From NCBI GenBank assembly GCA_000175855.1, contig ACYB01000046.1:120001-152000 (forward strand): 32,000 bases of DNA, given 5' to 3'. Both the position numbers and the translations under genes were made by a program. A model generated the notes under the pieces. The model saw only the letters and a list, made by a program, of their open reading frames with translations. It did no database searches and had not been told where the DNA came from. The DNA is from Raphidiopsis brookii D9. Its GTDB lineage: Bacteria; Cyanobacteriota; Cyanobacteriia; Cyanobacteriales; Nostocaceae. Of the stretch, positions 31,295 to 32,000 are shown piece after piece. How positions within the stretch are numbered: position 1 is the first letter of the stretch; each line of letters starts with the position of its first letter.

Positions 31295-31339
31295 ATTTCG
31301 GGAATTGTTAGAAACCGGTGAATTTCTACCAATTGTACG

Positions 31340-31573
31340 CTATTTTGGCAACCAGTTAGAACTTAAAACCACTGTTAAACCCAGAAAAATTACTGCCAGG
31401 CCCCAAGTAACACGATTGAGTGTATTCTCAGCACTTTTAGTACTGCTAAAAAGTTGAGCTTGTCCACCAATGGCTCCAATACCATCACCCTTGGGACTAT
31501 GTAACAAAACTAAAACAATTAAACCCAAAGCGGAGAAAGCCCAAATTACTTGTAGAATGTTGTTAATGTTCAT
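31340..31573 (-). CDS. secG: Preprotein translocase subunit SecG
   Basis: 77 aa ORF with two TM segments, VLVLLHSPKGDGIGAIGGQAQLFSSTKSAENTLNRVTW. Confidence 0.93.
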   Translation of the reverse strand: MNINNILQVIWAFSALGLIVLVLLHSPKGDGIGAIGGQAQLFSSTKSAENTLNRVTWGLAVIFLGLTVVLSSNWLPK

Positions 31574-31692
31574 AGCTAGTCAAAATGGTGTAAAATTGAA
31601 AATAATGTGATAAAAAACCTGCAAGTGCAGGTTTTGTCCCTATTTGCGACTTGGGATCGCTATTACTTGGAAACGCAAAAAGTATAACTTAT

Positions 31693-32000
31693 TTACAATC
31701 CCACCTGTACAGGTCTACGAGAGAATTGTAGATCATATTCAGGCGCTCTCAACAGGGATTTACCGGTCATTTCTGGAGGTTGAGGTAGTTTCAAAATATC
31801 CAGAATAGTGGGAGCAATGTCCGATAGTTTGCCATCATTACGCAAATCAACACTTGCACCATGTGCTGGTATTTTCAGCTTTTCTGCTTCGATTAAAATC
31901 AAGGGAACTGGGTTAGTAGTATGAGCTGTCCAGGGACTGCCATTTTCATCTACCATATACTCAGCATTGCCATGATCAGCTGTAATGATCAATGTACCAC
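31693..32000 (-). CDS. gpmI: 2,3-bisphosphoglycerate-independent phosphoglycerate mutase, C-terminal part (partial, runs off the window end)
   Basis: [37 protein letters not shown]...[32 protein letters not shown]; typical metal-binding TADHGNAE motif. Confidence 0.95.
   Translation of the reverse strand, partial: GTLIITADHGNAEYMVDENGSPWTAHTTNPVPLILIEAEKLKIPAHGASVDLRNDGKLSDIAPTILDILKLPQPPEMTGKSLLRAPEYDLQFSRRPVQVGL

Overview
This window looks like ordinary chromosomal core sequence from a filamentous, heterocystous-type cyanobacterium (Nostocales; Raphidiopsis/Cylindrospermopsis-like by impression, not proven). I find about 33 protein-coding loci. They include a partial GAF/HisKA sensor kinase, DUF3155, a CCB-type cytochrome b6f assembly factor, DUF3611, serS, a SUI1-family factor, a beta-helix/S-layer (SLH) protein, a Gld-like ABC exporter cluster, psb32, thiE, psbA, a HIT protein, comM, nth, rseP, an isoaspartyl peptidase, pyrD, nblB, deoC, recO, an MFS transporter, a GT4 glycosyltransferase, a rubisco activase-like gene with an RbcS-like tail, secG, and partial gpmI. 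I saw no CRISPR array, transposase, rRNA or tRNA. The strongest non-obvious signal is a recurring pattern: at least eight single-base reading-frame breaks in seven conserved genes, most in short homopolymer runs. Removing or adding one base restores continuous, family-like protein sequence in each. This is more likely a sequencing or assembly artefact than biology, but it matters for annotation because several ORFs in the supplied track are fragments. Other items worth a second look: two separate 3 x 11 bp perfect or near-perfect tandem repeats at promoter/start regions (comM/HIT and pyrD), a 5'-terminal hairpin and inverted repeat at psbA, a double 3-SLH array on a beta-helix protein, a membrane-anchored putative DNA-binding protein, and dense HIP1 (GCGATCGC) sites. 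I did not find convincing evidence of a previously undescribed system.
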